Positions 44,100-57,330 of a DNA stretch of 64,000 nt are shown piece after piece. Location: the NCBI GenBank assembly GCA_951406725.2, contig OX597816.1:76136001-76200000 (forward strand), read 5' to 3'. The position numbers were made by a program, and so were the translations under genes. The notes under the pieces were generated by a model. That model was not told the DNA's origin. It ran no database searches and was given only the letters and a program-made list of their open reading frames with translations. Within the stretch, counting starts at the first letter, position 1. Each line of letters starts with the position of its first letter. The DNA is from Octopus vulgaris. Lineage: Eukaryota.

Positions 44100-45089
44100 C
44101 CCCCGTAACCCCGTTACTTAGCCAATCCGTAACGCTTTCACGTGATTATTTGAAGGGTGAGCCGAAGAGCAGGAGTAAAAGAGGGAGATAGAAAAAAAAG
44201 GAGAGAGAGGCGTCCATGACTTGAGATAGAAGGAATGTAATTGTAACACTTTCACGTGGTTAGTTGAAGGGAAAGAGAGAATAAGAGGGGAAAAAGAAAA
44301 AGGAAAGAGAGAAAGAGGATAAGGCGAAGAGTGAGGCAAAAAGAGGGAGAGAGAAGCGTCCATTACGTGAGTTAGTGTGAACGTTATATTTATTAGGTGG
44401 TTAAAAGAGTTAGTTGAAGGTAGTTATATAGAGGAGGAGAGTTAGCTGTATAATTTTAGCAGAGGGGTGATGTTCTGATGGTGAGGTTAAATGAAGAAAT
44501 AAAGAAAGAGAGAGAGAGAATGTGAGATGAAGATAGTGGTAGTGAAGGTGCTGGTGATGGTGATGGTGGTGGATGAAAGGTGTACGCAAATCGAAATAGG
44601 TAATGGCTCTGACCCACCATTTTGGCTTATATGTTACCAACGATGTGCTTCTCAGAGTATGCCATGATGCATTAAATTTTTATCCCCGTGAAATTGTAAC
44701 CCCTATATTTTTCATCTAAAATATTTTTTCAATAAAAAAAATTTTGTTTTTTTGGTATGAAATTTTGACCATGCAAATTTTAAAATGTAATTGTTTTGTT
44801 AATGGGAAAATGGAGAAATAAGAGTGAATATTTATTCTGAGTGTTATGTATTAAGTCTATAAAATTGTGCACAAAATATATAAAATGTATATATATGTGA
44901 ATTAAGTATTGATCGTACTCCAGTTTCTTTCACTTTATAATGAATAGCAGATGAATGACTATCTTTTGCTACAGACTATGCTACAACACAGGCTATGCTT
45001 TTATTTTATTTAAAATTTTAATAAATTTTTCCAAAATAACCCAATAGGCCTACCATTAAATCCGTGAAATATTCACGGGTCCCGCTTGA
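44100..45089 (+). mobile_element. Possible non-autonomous Helitron (internal tandem units plus 3' hairpin)
   Basis: Two ~120-bp related units (taac.ctttcacgtg.tta.ttgaaggg...gcgtccat.ac.tgag) and a 3' hairpin CCGTGAAatatTTCACGG-like (ccgtgaaatattcacgg, 45062-45078) followed by gtcccgcttg, a CTRR-like end. Confidence 0.4.
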
Positions 45090-45745
45090 CTTTCGGTGTC
45101 TTGCTCATTGTTTCTTGAAATGGTGCAATTTTTATTTTCCCCATATTTATTATTCTTTCGGTAAATAACTAAATCATTGATTAGAGTATTTAACACGGAA
45201 ATCTATTGTGCTTATTTTTTAAATATAATATTTAAGTAAAATAATGTATTTTGCGAGTTAAAAAGTTATTCTTTTCCTCGCTTTGATACATCAATATTCA
45301 TATAAATATAACTGTAGCTACCCATGTCCTTGATACGTTGTTCATAACACAATTCTTCTCTAGAGCATTTCATTACACTTCAACATTTTCTTTTACTTTT
45401 TTCCCCTTTATACCTTAACTTGAGGCACGTTCCCATATTAATTGTCAATAAAACAGCTATTCCATTTCATTCCAATTATATCGTAACAACGTTAGCTGAA
45501 TGATTTGGTAACAATTGTCCGTCATTATTTGCTTCTCTCAAGCGTTGTTATATTTCTTAGTTTTGTTTCTGTTTCTATTCTTCTTCCTTTGTGCAATATT
45601 CCGCTGTGACTTCTATTATTTTTTTGAACTTAGATATATGTAAAAAATTAATGAATTTCAAATATTCACATTTAAAGTTATAACTATTTCATTATGTATC
45701 ATATCCCAGTGATATAGGATATGTTCATACTACATGAATATACAT

Positions 45746-45784
<39 letters not shown>

Positions 45785-45826
45785 CACACACTACATGAAT
45801 ATATATTATATATATATATACGTAAA

Positions 45827-45857
<31 letters not shown>

Positions 45858-45890
45858 CGTATATATATATGTATATATATATATATAATG

Positions 45891-45975
<85 letters not shown>

Positions 45976-47094
45976 ATTCACAGTGGTATATATGATAAAC
46001 CCCATATTTATGATAACGGAGTAGCTCTGGTAAATATGAATAGTAATCTATGAAAGTGATAGCAAAAACAAATAATGAAATAGAACGTGATGTATCATTA
46101 TTAGCAGTTGGAGCACCTCAAATTGAAAGTGAAACTTGAAACTTATTACACAAGAATAATTGGTTATGTAACGCGAAAGCAATTATACGTAAAGTAACTG
46201 ATAGAATGCTTGAGATAAAGTGGCGCATGTATATGGATAAATATAGATAAATATATAAATATACATATAGATATATATGTGTGTGTGTATCTCTACGCGT
46301 GTGTTTGTGCATATGTATTTGTATGTATGTGTGTGTATCTATATATATATAGACATGATTTGGTGAGACTGATATATATGAAAGCGTTGAAATGTAGAGG
46401 TATACATATTTACTGTGATTTGTGAAATAAACGGAAATGAGAGATATTTGATTACTCTGTATTCAATATGGTGAAGGAAAATAATGGAGTACAAAAGTTA
46501 GTGGAGGAACTGTCAACGGGTCGTGGTCTTTACGTCAGTTCATTTAGTTGTTGCAAGTAAGTATTCAAATTTCTAGATGTACGAAGTGGTGTTGTTGCTG
46601 AACATTACTTGATCATTCATTTCACTATGATGCTGGATATATTGTATTCAGTATATGACATGTATAAATATTTGACCTTAAGAGATGATCTACATGATAA
46701 GATTTGATTTAATCTAACACGGCATTCCAAGCAACATTTTCGCTTGTGATTATTTCATCCACTTCGACAATGTTCTGAGAAAGACATGGACTTAGTAATT
46801 CCTCTGTTTGAAGAATCTGAAGTGAACTGTTGAATACGTTTTATATCAAAATACAATTGTTTATTGCAGGCTCACTCCCCATTTCCTCCTCTCTACAAGC
46901 GTGCATGATTGTTTTTGTATACATGTGTGTATAGATACATATGCGTTTATGAGTCAACATGAAGGAATACGGTTGGACATTTAATTTACAATCACTACAA
47001 TTGTTTCTACGCAACCTAGTTCTCCAGTGGTGCAGTTACTTCCTTATGCAACTGTTTCCTTGCATTATGAGATCTTATACGTTTATATATATAC

Positions 47095-48030
<936 letters not shown>

Positions 48031-48034
48031 ACAC

Positions 48035-48076
<42 letters not shown>

Positions 48077-48139
48077 TATATATATACGTGTATATATATA
48101 TATATATATATATCATATATATAAATAATATATATATAC

Positions 48140-48184
<45 letters not shown>

Positions 48185-48256
48185 ATATATAAATATATAT
48201 ATTATATATATTATATATTTATAATATATATATATACATATAATCCCCCCCACACA

Positions 48257-48300
<44 letters not shown>

Positions 48301-49400
48301 ACATATATATACTCTTGTCTGCTTACCTGTTCATTTGCATTATTGTTTCTTATTTACGACAATTTTTCAAAAAGATTTTTGCAAGCAGTTTTCTTTGGTG
48401 TAAGTGAGTTTTCTTATGTTGCATATAGCAGTCGCTCTGCTTTTCAAAGATATTTTCTCAGATCTTTTATGATCTTATCTTCTTTCTTTGGAGTTATTGT
48501 ATAGAGTAGTCGATTTTTATACGCATTGGATTCCCCAAGTAGCACTTCACCTCTATGGCCTAATGGCTATGGGCTCGTCCCTACCCTTGCAGTGCAGCAT
48601 GAAAAAGAACTGCGAGAGAAGGGAGAAGCTCATAGCTTTTAGGCCACAATGCTGAGAGAGGAGTAAAGTGTAAGTGTTTCGGCTCGTTGAGATATGTTGT
48701 AATTCACCAAAAGAAAAATGAAATTTGAACTTACTGGGCATGAAATGTTTTACCGAACATGTACATATATCTACTTTTGGGCGATTTGATGTCTGTGCAT
48801 ATAAAGCCTCCTGTAAACATGTAATAATATCATGCATTTCTGTATGAGACTGGGTTACAGTTATGCGTAAGTGTGAGCGTGTATGTGAGTATATATATAT
48901 CAATATAAGCGACTCTGTGCATTTGTCACAGAAGTGCTCTCTCTGTCTCTCCCTCTCTGTCTCTCTCTCTCTCTCTCTCACACACACTCTCTCTCCCCTT
49001 TTCACTCTCTCTCTCTCTATATATAAGGTTTAGCATAATCTATTTACAGCATAGATTATACTTCTATTGTTTTTTTAATTTATTTCCTGGAGGCGAATAC
49101 TAACGTAACCAATCGGTTCAACCTGGAATTAACAATGCAGTATAGTATGAACCTTGTTGCTGTTTTGCCAGGCGACGTAATTTGATACTGTATATAATAT
49201 TTAATATTTTAGAAAGACCGACGTATCTTCGGAAATGACAGAGGTATGTATGTGTGTATGCATATATATATGTGTGCGTGTATATATATATATGTATATA
49301 TGTATATATATATATATGTATATATGTATATATATATATATTTATATATATGTATATATGTATGTATGTATATATATGTATGTATGTATATATATGTATG

Positions 49401-49524
<124 letters not shown>

Positions 49525-49568
49525 ATAGATAAGAAAGTTGGTTTGTGAAAGCATGTGGGTGAATATAT

Positions 49569-50290
49569 AAAAAATAGTAAAGAGTGAAAAAACGACAGAA
49601 GGCTTAAATGTTAAAAAATATATATATTTGCGTCAATATGTCTGAAGAATATTAGAAAATTTTTTAAACAAATTTTTTTTTTCCTTTATAATGACATAAT
49701 TTTTAAAGAAAGACCGGTTTCGCATTTAGCTTTTCAAATTTAGAGTTATCCTTGTATTTAAGCTCCGGAGAGTTCTAAATAAGGGAAGGTAGTGGGTGAT
49801 TTCTTCCTGTGTAAGGGAGATAATCGCTTAAAAATTTTTTTCCTTTCCCTTAATGTGAATTTCTCTGTATCAGTATGTTCGGATGGTTGAGTCTGGGCTT
49901 GTACTTTTCAATGAAGAATGTTTCCTTGTTTAGTCTAATTTGTGTTGATGATCCGAACATTCTGATACAGAGAAATTCACATTCAGGGAAAGGAAAAAAA
50001 TTTTTAAGCGATTATCTCCCTTACACCGGAAGAAATCACCCACTACCTTCCTTTATTTAGAACTCTCCGGAGCTTAAACACAAGGATAACTCTATTAAAC
50101 ATAAACATAACGTCACAAGAAATTTGAAAAGCTAAATGCGAAACCGGTCTTTCTTTAAAAATTATGTCATTATAAAGGAAAAAAAAATTTGTTTAAAAAA
50201 TTTTCTAATATTCTTCAGACATATTGACGCAAATATATATATTTTTTAACATTTAAGCCTTCTGTCGTTTTTTCACTCTTTACTATTTTT
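49569..50290. mobile_element. Fold-back pair of PLE 3' termini
   Basis: Arms 49569-49884 and 49951-50290 are near-identical inverted copies. The 66-nt spacer encodes STQIRLNKETFFIEKYKPRLN on the minus strand. Confidence 0.85.
50117..50155 (+). ncRNA. Hammerhead-like motif with TTGAAAA (U3-A8) core
   Basis: aagaaa-t-TTGAAAA-GCtaaatGC-GAAA-CCG-GTC^-tttctt, with palindrome ACCGGT. A mirrored copy lacking the helix I 5' strand lies at about 49706-49740. Confidence 0.55.
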
Positions 50291-50426
50291 TTTATATATA
50301 TATATATATACACACATATATATATATATATGTGTGTATATATGTTTATATATATATATATTTATATATATATATGTATGTATATATGTATGTATATATA
50401 TATATGTATGTATGTATAGGGAGAGT

Positions 50427-50832
50427 GAGTGGGGTGTGGTAAGTAGCTTGCTTACCAACCACATGGTCTCAGGTTCAGTCCCACTGCGTAGCACTTTGTG
50501 TGTCTTCTACTATAGGCTCGGGCCGACCAAAGCCTTGTGAGTGGATTTGGTAGACGGAAACTGAAAGAAGCCCGTCGTATATGTATATATATGTATATGT
50601 GTATGTGTGTATATATTTGTGCGTCTGTGTTTCTCTCCCCAACATCGCTTGGCAATCGATGCTGGTGTGTTTACGCCTCCGTAACTTAGCGGTTCGGCAA
50701 AAGAGACTAATAGAATAAGTACTGGGCTTACAAATAATAAACTCTGAGGTCGATTTGCTCGACTAAATGTGGTGTTCCAGTATGGCCGCAGTCAAATGAC
50801 TGAAACAAGTAAAAGAGTAAAAGAGTAAAAGA
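50427..50832 (+). mobile_element. SINE family A
   Basis: Colinear homology, with tail aagtaaaagagtaaaagagtaaaaga. Confidence 0.88.
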
Positions 50833-51664
50833 TCTCGAGTCTCGTCGTTTTACGTTGAAGAAAATGCAAGAAGCTTTTTCTCATTTAGATAAATGTCTTG
50901 CTTTATTTGAGGAAATGGATCCGAACGCACAACGTTTCGCAAAAATATTGGGGGACTACAAGATACTATTGCACCATATTAACTTGAAAAGAAGAAGAAA
51001 TAGAGAAATCAGGGATCTTTAGACAAGTTTTGTACAACGATCTGCACCTTCACAAAAGGAGTCAGTTGACGATCCCCAAACATCGACATCTTGTGTGTAA
51101 TCTCCTACACCAGCCTCAACGAGAAACACCGACGTCAGCCTCCAGGTAGGCACAGTACAGTATTTGAAAGTATTTCTTTCTAATATAAAAGCAGCCTAGG
51201 CTTGCCTCACATGAAAACAACCTAGGCTAGCCAAGGTTTTAATTATTACATAAATCACCGAGACCATGACCGACCAGGCTATCAGATGTTGCTACAAATC
51301 GCTGGTCACAATGCGCTTCGCATTGTTTTAGCCTTCAAATGACGCCAAGCCTTCAAATGACGCAAGCTAAGCGAGCAGGCCAACAGAAGAAAGGGTGAGA
51401 GAAAGTTGTGGCGAAAGAGTACAGCAGGGATCGCCAACCTCCCCTGCCGGAGTTCGTGGAGCTTTAAGTGTTTGCGCTCAATAAACACTCACAACGCCCG
51501 GTCTGGGAATCGAAACCGCGAGTCCGCTACCCTAACCACTGGGCCATTGCGCGTCCACATTACATATATATACAGTTAAATAATGGTTACTTCGACTTAA
51601 GTCGTTTTTCGATCAAAGTCGTGTCCTGTAGATCCAATTAACGATGTTGGGTGAGGTATGATCT
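50833..51664 (+). mobile_element. Tigger/pogo transposon 3' remnant
   Basis: RRFTLKKMQEAFSHLDKCLALFEEMDPNAQRFAK...EKKKK..QGSLDKF is a Tigger-type transposase C-terminus. The subterminal sequence ttcgacttaagtcg...cgatgttgggtgaggtatg is Tigger-like. Confidence 0.75.
51262..51560 (-). mobile_element. tRNA-derived SINE family C (tail type 1), nested in a Tigger remnant
   Basis: The minus-strand head is gcgcaatggcccagtggttagggtagcggactcgcggtttcgattcccagacc. Its 5' part is duplicated at 52236-52407. Confidence 0.85.
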
Positions 51665-52124
51665 TATATGCACAAATATACTTCAATGTAAAGGCTGAAA
51701 ATAGATGTGGAACTGTATGTATGTGTTTATACATTTATGAGATAGGGAATACGTGAAGGTATGTATACTGATGTGTAATTGTAAATACGTATTTTGAAAT
51801 GCGGACATTTCGAAGACCTGAACAAAAAGTACTAATTTTTTTTGTTTAGAGAACGTTATCCACATACACACATTCAACACTCGTACACACATGCACACCC
51901 CCACACATTCTTTCTGTCTCACACATACATGTAGGCACACACAAACACAGATGCAAACATGCACACATGTATTATTAAGGAACTCGAATTCCAGAACACA
52001 GGTATTGATTCTAAAAGACAGCTGTACATACGTGCTTACACACACACACACATGCGCGCGCGCACACACACACACACACAAACATATATATATACATATA
52101 CATACAGACACACACACATATATG

Positions 52125-52159
<35 letters not shown>

Positions 52160-52900
52160 ATATGTATGTATATGTATATTTGTATGAATGTACATGCATA
52201 TTCAGTGTTAATGGCCTGTGCAAGTCTACAAGAATGAAAGGGTGAGAGAAAGTTGTGGCGAAAGAGTACAGCAGGGATCGCCAACCTCCCCTGCCGGAGT
52301 TCGTGGAGCTTTAAGTGTTTGCGCTCAATAAACACTCACAACGCCCGGTCTGGGAATCGAAACCGCGAGTCCGCTACCCTAACCACTGGGCCATTGCGCG
52401 TCCACATTACATATATATACAGTTAAATAATGGTTACTTCGACTTAAGTCGATTTTCGATCAAAGTCGTGTCCTGTAGATCCAATTAACGATGTTGGGTG
52501 AGGTATGATCTTATATGCACAAATATACTTCAATGTAAAGGCTGAAAATAGATGTGGAACTGTATGTATGTGTTTATACATTTATGAGATAGGGAATACG
52601 TGAAGGTATGTATACTGATGTGTAATTGTAAATACGTATTTTGAAATGCGGACATTTCGAAGACCTGAACAAAAAGTACTAATTTTTTTTTGTTTAGAGA
52701 ACGTTATCCACATACACACATTCAACACTCGTACACACATGCACACCCCCACACATTCTTTCTGTCTCACACATACATGTAGGCACACACAAACACAGAT
52801 GCAAACATGCACACATGTATTATTAAGGAACTCGAATTCCAGAACACAGGTATTGATTCTAAAAGACAGCTGTACATACGTGCTTACACACACACACACA

Positions 52901-52942
<42 letters not shown>

Positions 52943-52972
52943 CATATACATACAGACACACACACATATATG

Positions 52973-53007
<35 letters not shown>

Positions 53008-53087
53008 ATATGTATGTATATGTATATTTGTATGAATGTACATGCATATTCAGTGTTAATGGCCTGTGCAAGTCTACAAGAATGAAA
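51389..53087 (+). repeat. Tandem duplication, ~848-bp unit, ~99% identical
   Basis: 51389-52235 versus 52236-53083, with GAAA microhomology at the junctions. Confidence 0.95.
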
Positions 53088-53481
53088 CGCTATTGGTTAT
53101 TGATAGGAAACGTTCATTGCTTTTAGCGGAATGTTATAAATGTGTATGACCAGAATACCCCCTTATATGTTTTGGAGTTAATATCAAAGCATTATATAAG
53201 TCTGATTATGCAATCATTTGCTCCATCATTTCTACGTCTGTGCCTTTGTTCCATATTTTTATACGTATATATCTAAACTATATATAGAAATATACATAGA
53301 CGCGAGTACAATCTCACTCCTCTCCCCATACAATTCCCCCGTATATGTATATATAAATACGTGAGTGTGTGTATATATATATACATATATATACATAAAA
53401 AAATATATATATATACATACATACATATATATATTTGTATATATATATGTATATATCTATGTATATATATATATGTATATA

Positions 53482-53571
<90 letters not shown>

Positions 53572-53779
53572 AATAGAAAGATGAATAATCTTGTTGCAGA
53601 TTAATCAAAAGTTTAACCGATACCTTGGTAGCAAAAATCACAGCAGAAGAAAGCACGGTTGGAGGTACAACCGTATGGTGTTGCAACCGTGCGTTGGTGC
53701 GGATAATTGAATTTTAATATTATTAGTGAATTGAAGGAATGGAGTTGAACGAAGATTGAACAGAAGTCCTTTTATTGCA

Positions 53780-53859
53780 TTCTACACGTGTTTCGAAAGC
53801 CACAATTTACCAAATTCCGATTGAATAAGGAGACCATATTGTGTCTTTCTCTTCAGGAA
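53780..53859 (-). ncRNA. Type-I hammerhead ribozyme motif, canonical core, long helix II
   Basis: ttc-CTGAAGA-GAAAGACACAAT-(31 nt)-ATTGTGGCTTTC-GAAA-CACGTG-TA^-gaa. Helix II has 11/12 bp, helix III is the palindrome ACACGTGT, and AATAAA lies just downstream. Confidence 0.8.
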
Positions 53860-54301
53860 GAAATAGGAATTCCGTTGGCAGCACAAAAACAGAACAGAGG
53901 CGCAGCAAAACAAATCGAACGAGGAGGATCCTAAGAGCCCATGGCCAAACTGTTTATCAATGTATGTTGAAATCTGGTGGTGGGTGCGTTGAAGATATTT
54001 ACAGGTCAGGCAGCGGTCAATCCGGTGGGTGAGAGCACGGGGTGCGTAGATGTTCTTTGTGACAGAGACTAAGGTTCTGACTATTTTAAGAATATTAGGT
54101 GTATTATATGGGGCGAGCAAAATCTACTTAGAAACATGTGTGTGTGAACTGTTCTATATGTGCGCGGCCGTAAGTTGGTAAAAAGCGCTACACAATGGTC
54201 ACTGCTGAAAAATCCGTCAGGCGGCAGAAAATATTTTATGTGTTCGTGTGTTCGATTAAACATGCATATATATATATATATATATACATTTGATATATAT
54301 A

Positions 54302-54342
<41 letters not shown>

Positions 54343-55528
54343 TTGATATATATATATGCATATATATATATATATATACATTTGATATATATATGCATAT
54401 ATATATATATATTTATGTATATATACATATGTATATATGTATATATATGTATATATACGTACACACGCGCACACATATGCATACTTACATGCATATATAT
54501 AAATATATATATATATATATCCATACATACATACAGTTATGCGTCCACATGTGGAAACTTATATGAACACACATAAATATGAGCGTTCTTTTTATATATA
54601 AGCAAACGCCCGACGAAAAAGAAAGTTAATGTATTAATATATTAATTTAAAGATGAATTAAAGAACAAAGTGAGAAAATATTGTTGTTTCGGAATGAGTT
54701 TCCTACATCAGTGAACAAGAAGATAGTTTCAGGAAATGAGAGCGAGTGGGGAGGACAAAGAAATTTATTTCTAGTTAAGAGAGCGAAAACAATGGGAGAT
54801 ATTGTACAGCGTGTGTATGTGCATGATTTTATATGTATGCATATCTGCTAAATATGTGCCTTCAGGGTGGGTGTATTTTGATAAGTGTTTATGCTTTGGA
54901 TGATTAGTGTGTGTATGTGTGTGGAGAGTTTATCCATGAGTGACGAGTTGGATAATGTCTAATAAATTACGCATGAACAATCGCCTTAAAGCACATGCAT
55001 ACACGCACGCGTATATGCACAAATACTAGGAAAATATAAGTATACATCTTCAAGTATACATAAATAATAACCACATATACAAATACACATTAAGTACTTA
55101 AAACATGCACATATAATGTCACAGACACACACTAGAAACACGTGTGGAGCATACATACATGTTAAAAAATAAATACACTTTAGATACGCGCTCATTTATT
55201 ATCTTCTCTTGTTTTCCTCCCCTTTAGGTTAAATCCGCAATAGTTTCATTACTACTACCGATAGCTATACTGCTATATGTCTCTTATTTTATCCTCTGTT
55301 TTTTTTTTCCTATACTTCTTTCTTCGCTACAGATGAATAACAAATGATTGTAAAATGTCGGACCTACCTTACATATTACTTCATATCACCATGAAGCTAA
55401 TATATTAACAACGTATTTGAGTTTTTGACATGTCTGTGGTGCATTTTCTTCGATTTTCACTACGTTTCTGCAGCTTACTAGTTGTCTTGTTTAAATCTTA
55501 TTTCGGTTATCCCTATTTCGAATACAAT

Positions 55529-55582
<54 letters not shown>

Positions 55583-55591
<9 letters not shown>

Positions 55592-56496
55592 TAAATGAAA
55601 TAAAACATATGCATATATATAAACATATATGTACGTACCTACCTCTACATGTACATATACACGCATATATGAGTACAGGACACCAAAGGGACGTCGAACA
55701 CAAAGAAACGAAAACATAGACACAAACCAAAGGAACTGGACATTTTTTTTTAAAAACAACAAAAAAATGGAGTACAGGACAATTAACACAAAGAAAAAAC
55801 CCCTTCTTCAGTCGCTAAGGTTTCATCTACTCTACGTTTCGAAGGATAAAAGCGAGACGTATCTTCGACAAGAAACTTTCCTTCCTGCGAAAAGCAAATC
55901 AATTAAAATTCTGAGATCTTTTTGCAGAGGGGTAAAAAATGGTAAAAAAAGGTAAAAAAACAGGACAGTAACGGCAGTACAAAAATATAAACAGTAAAAG
56001 ACAGGACAGAGAAAAACAAGATAAGAAGGGCTGTTGACGCCGAACGAAAAAAAGTATTGCAAACGCACACTTTTTTGTGAACGACAGGGGAGCAGGAAGA
56101 ATGTCGTCCGTTACCTTGAAAGGCCAGGCCAGAAAGACAGTCAGAGCGGAAGTATCGTCGCGGGTGGACGACGGGAAGGGGGAGGAGGAGCAAGAGGAAG
56201 GGAGAGAAGAAGGGGAATGGCTGCGAGGAAACCATGAAGAATGGTGAGGGGGAGAGAGAGAGTGAAGAATGAGAGAGAGAGGAAGAGACAAGTTAAGTAG
56301 AGGAAAAAGTAAATCAAAGAATAGGGATGGGACAGAAAGGTGAAGAGTGCCCGTCAGAGTTAATATCAAGACCAAAACTTGATATACAGAACAATCTTAC
56401 TTAAGGGGGTGCGTGCGTTTAGTCATATAATATATTAATAAATGAAATAAAACATATGCATATATATAAACATATATGTACGAACCGACCTCTACA

Positions 56497-56506
<10 letters not shown>
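55583..56506. mobile_element. ~770-bp insertion flanked by 77-bp direct repeats
   Basis: 55583-55659 equals 56430-56506 with 2 mismatches. The insert is strongly purine-skewed on + and contains the internal repeat gagtacaggaca. Confidence 0.65.
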
Positions 56507-56536
<30 letters not shown>

Positions 56537-56537
56537 G

Positions 56538-56593
<56 letters not shown>

Positions 56594-56598
56594 CATAC

Positions 56599-56630
<32 letters not shown>

Positions 56631-56676
56631 ATATATATATATATATGTACATATATATATATATACATGTACATAC

Positions 56677-56710
<34 letters not shown>

Positions 56711-56755
56711 ATACATATGTATATTTATATACGTACACACACACATATACATACA

Positions 56756-56808
<53 letters not shown>

Positions 56809-56850
56809 CATATATATACATACACACATAACACACACACACACACATAC

Positions 56851-57076
56851 TTTTACTATTTTACTTGTTCCAATCATCTGACTGCGGCTATGCTGAAGCA
56901 CCGCTCTCAAGGTTTTTCAGTCAAACAAATTGACACCAAGACATATTTTTGAAGCCTATACGTATTCTATCGGTTCCTTTTTTTGTCTGACCGCAAAGTC
57001 ATGGGGGCGTGTACACACCAACACCGTTTGTCAAGCGGTGTTAGGGGGAAAACACAAACACAATGGCACACACACA

Positions 57077-57127
<51 letters not shown>

Positions 57128-57323
57128 ACATATATATACGCACGCATGCATGCACTTACACACACACATATATACAACTGTTTTCTTTCAATTTCCGTCT
57201 ACCAAATCCACTCACAAGGATTTCCTCGACCCAAGGCTACAGTAGAAGACACTTATCGAAAGTGCTACGCAGCGGGACCGAACATGGTACCATGTGGTTG
57301 TAAAGCATGCTTTCCACCACACT
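56851..57323 (-). mobile_element. SINE family A, diverged, with expanded internal (CA)n
   Basis: Reverse-complement homology; the head abuts the mariner at 57331. Confidence 0.8.
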
Positions 57324-57330
57324 CAGTATA

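Noticed and set aside
49643-49665. CTGAAGAatattaGAAA in the fold-back arm
   Set aside because: It has no helix II or helix I pairing and is antisense to the element.
55899-56375. 158-aa Ser/Pro/Leu-rich ORF
   Set aside because: It is a product of pyrimidine-rich low complexity within the insertion.
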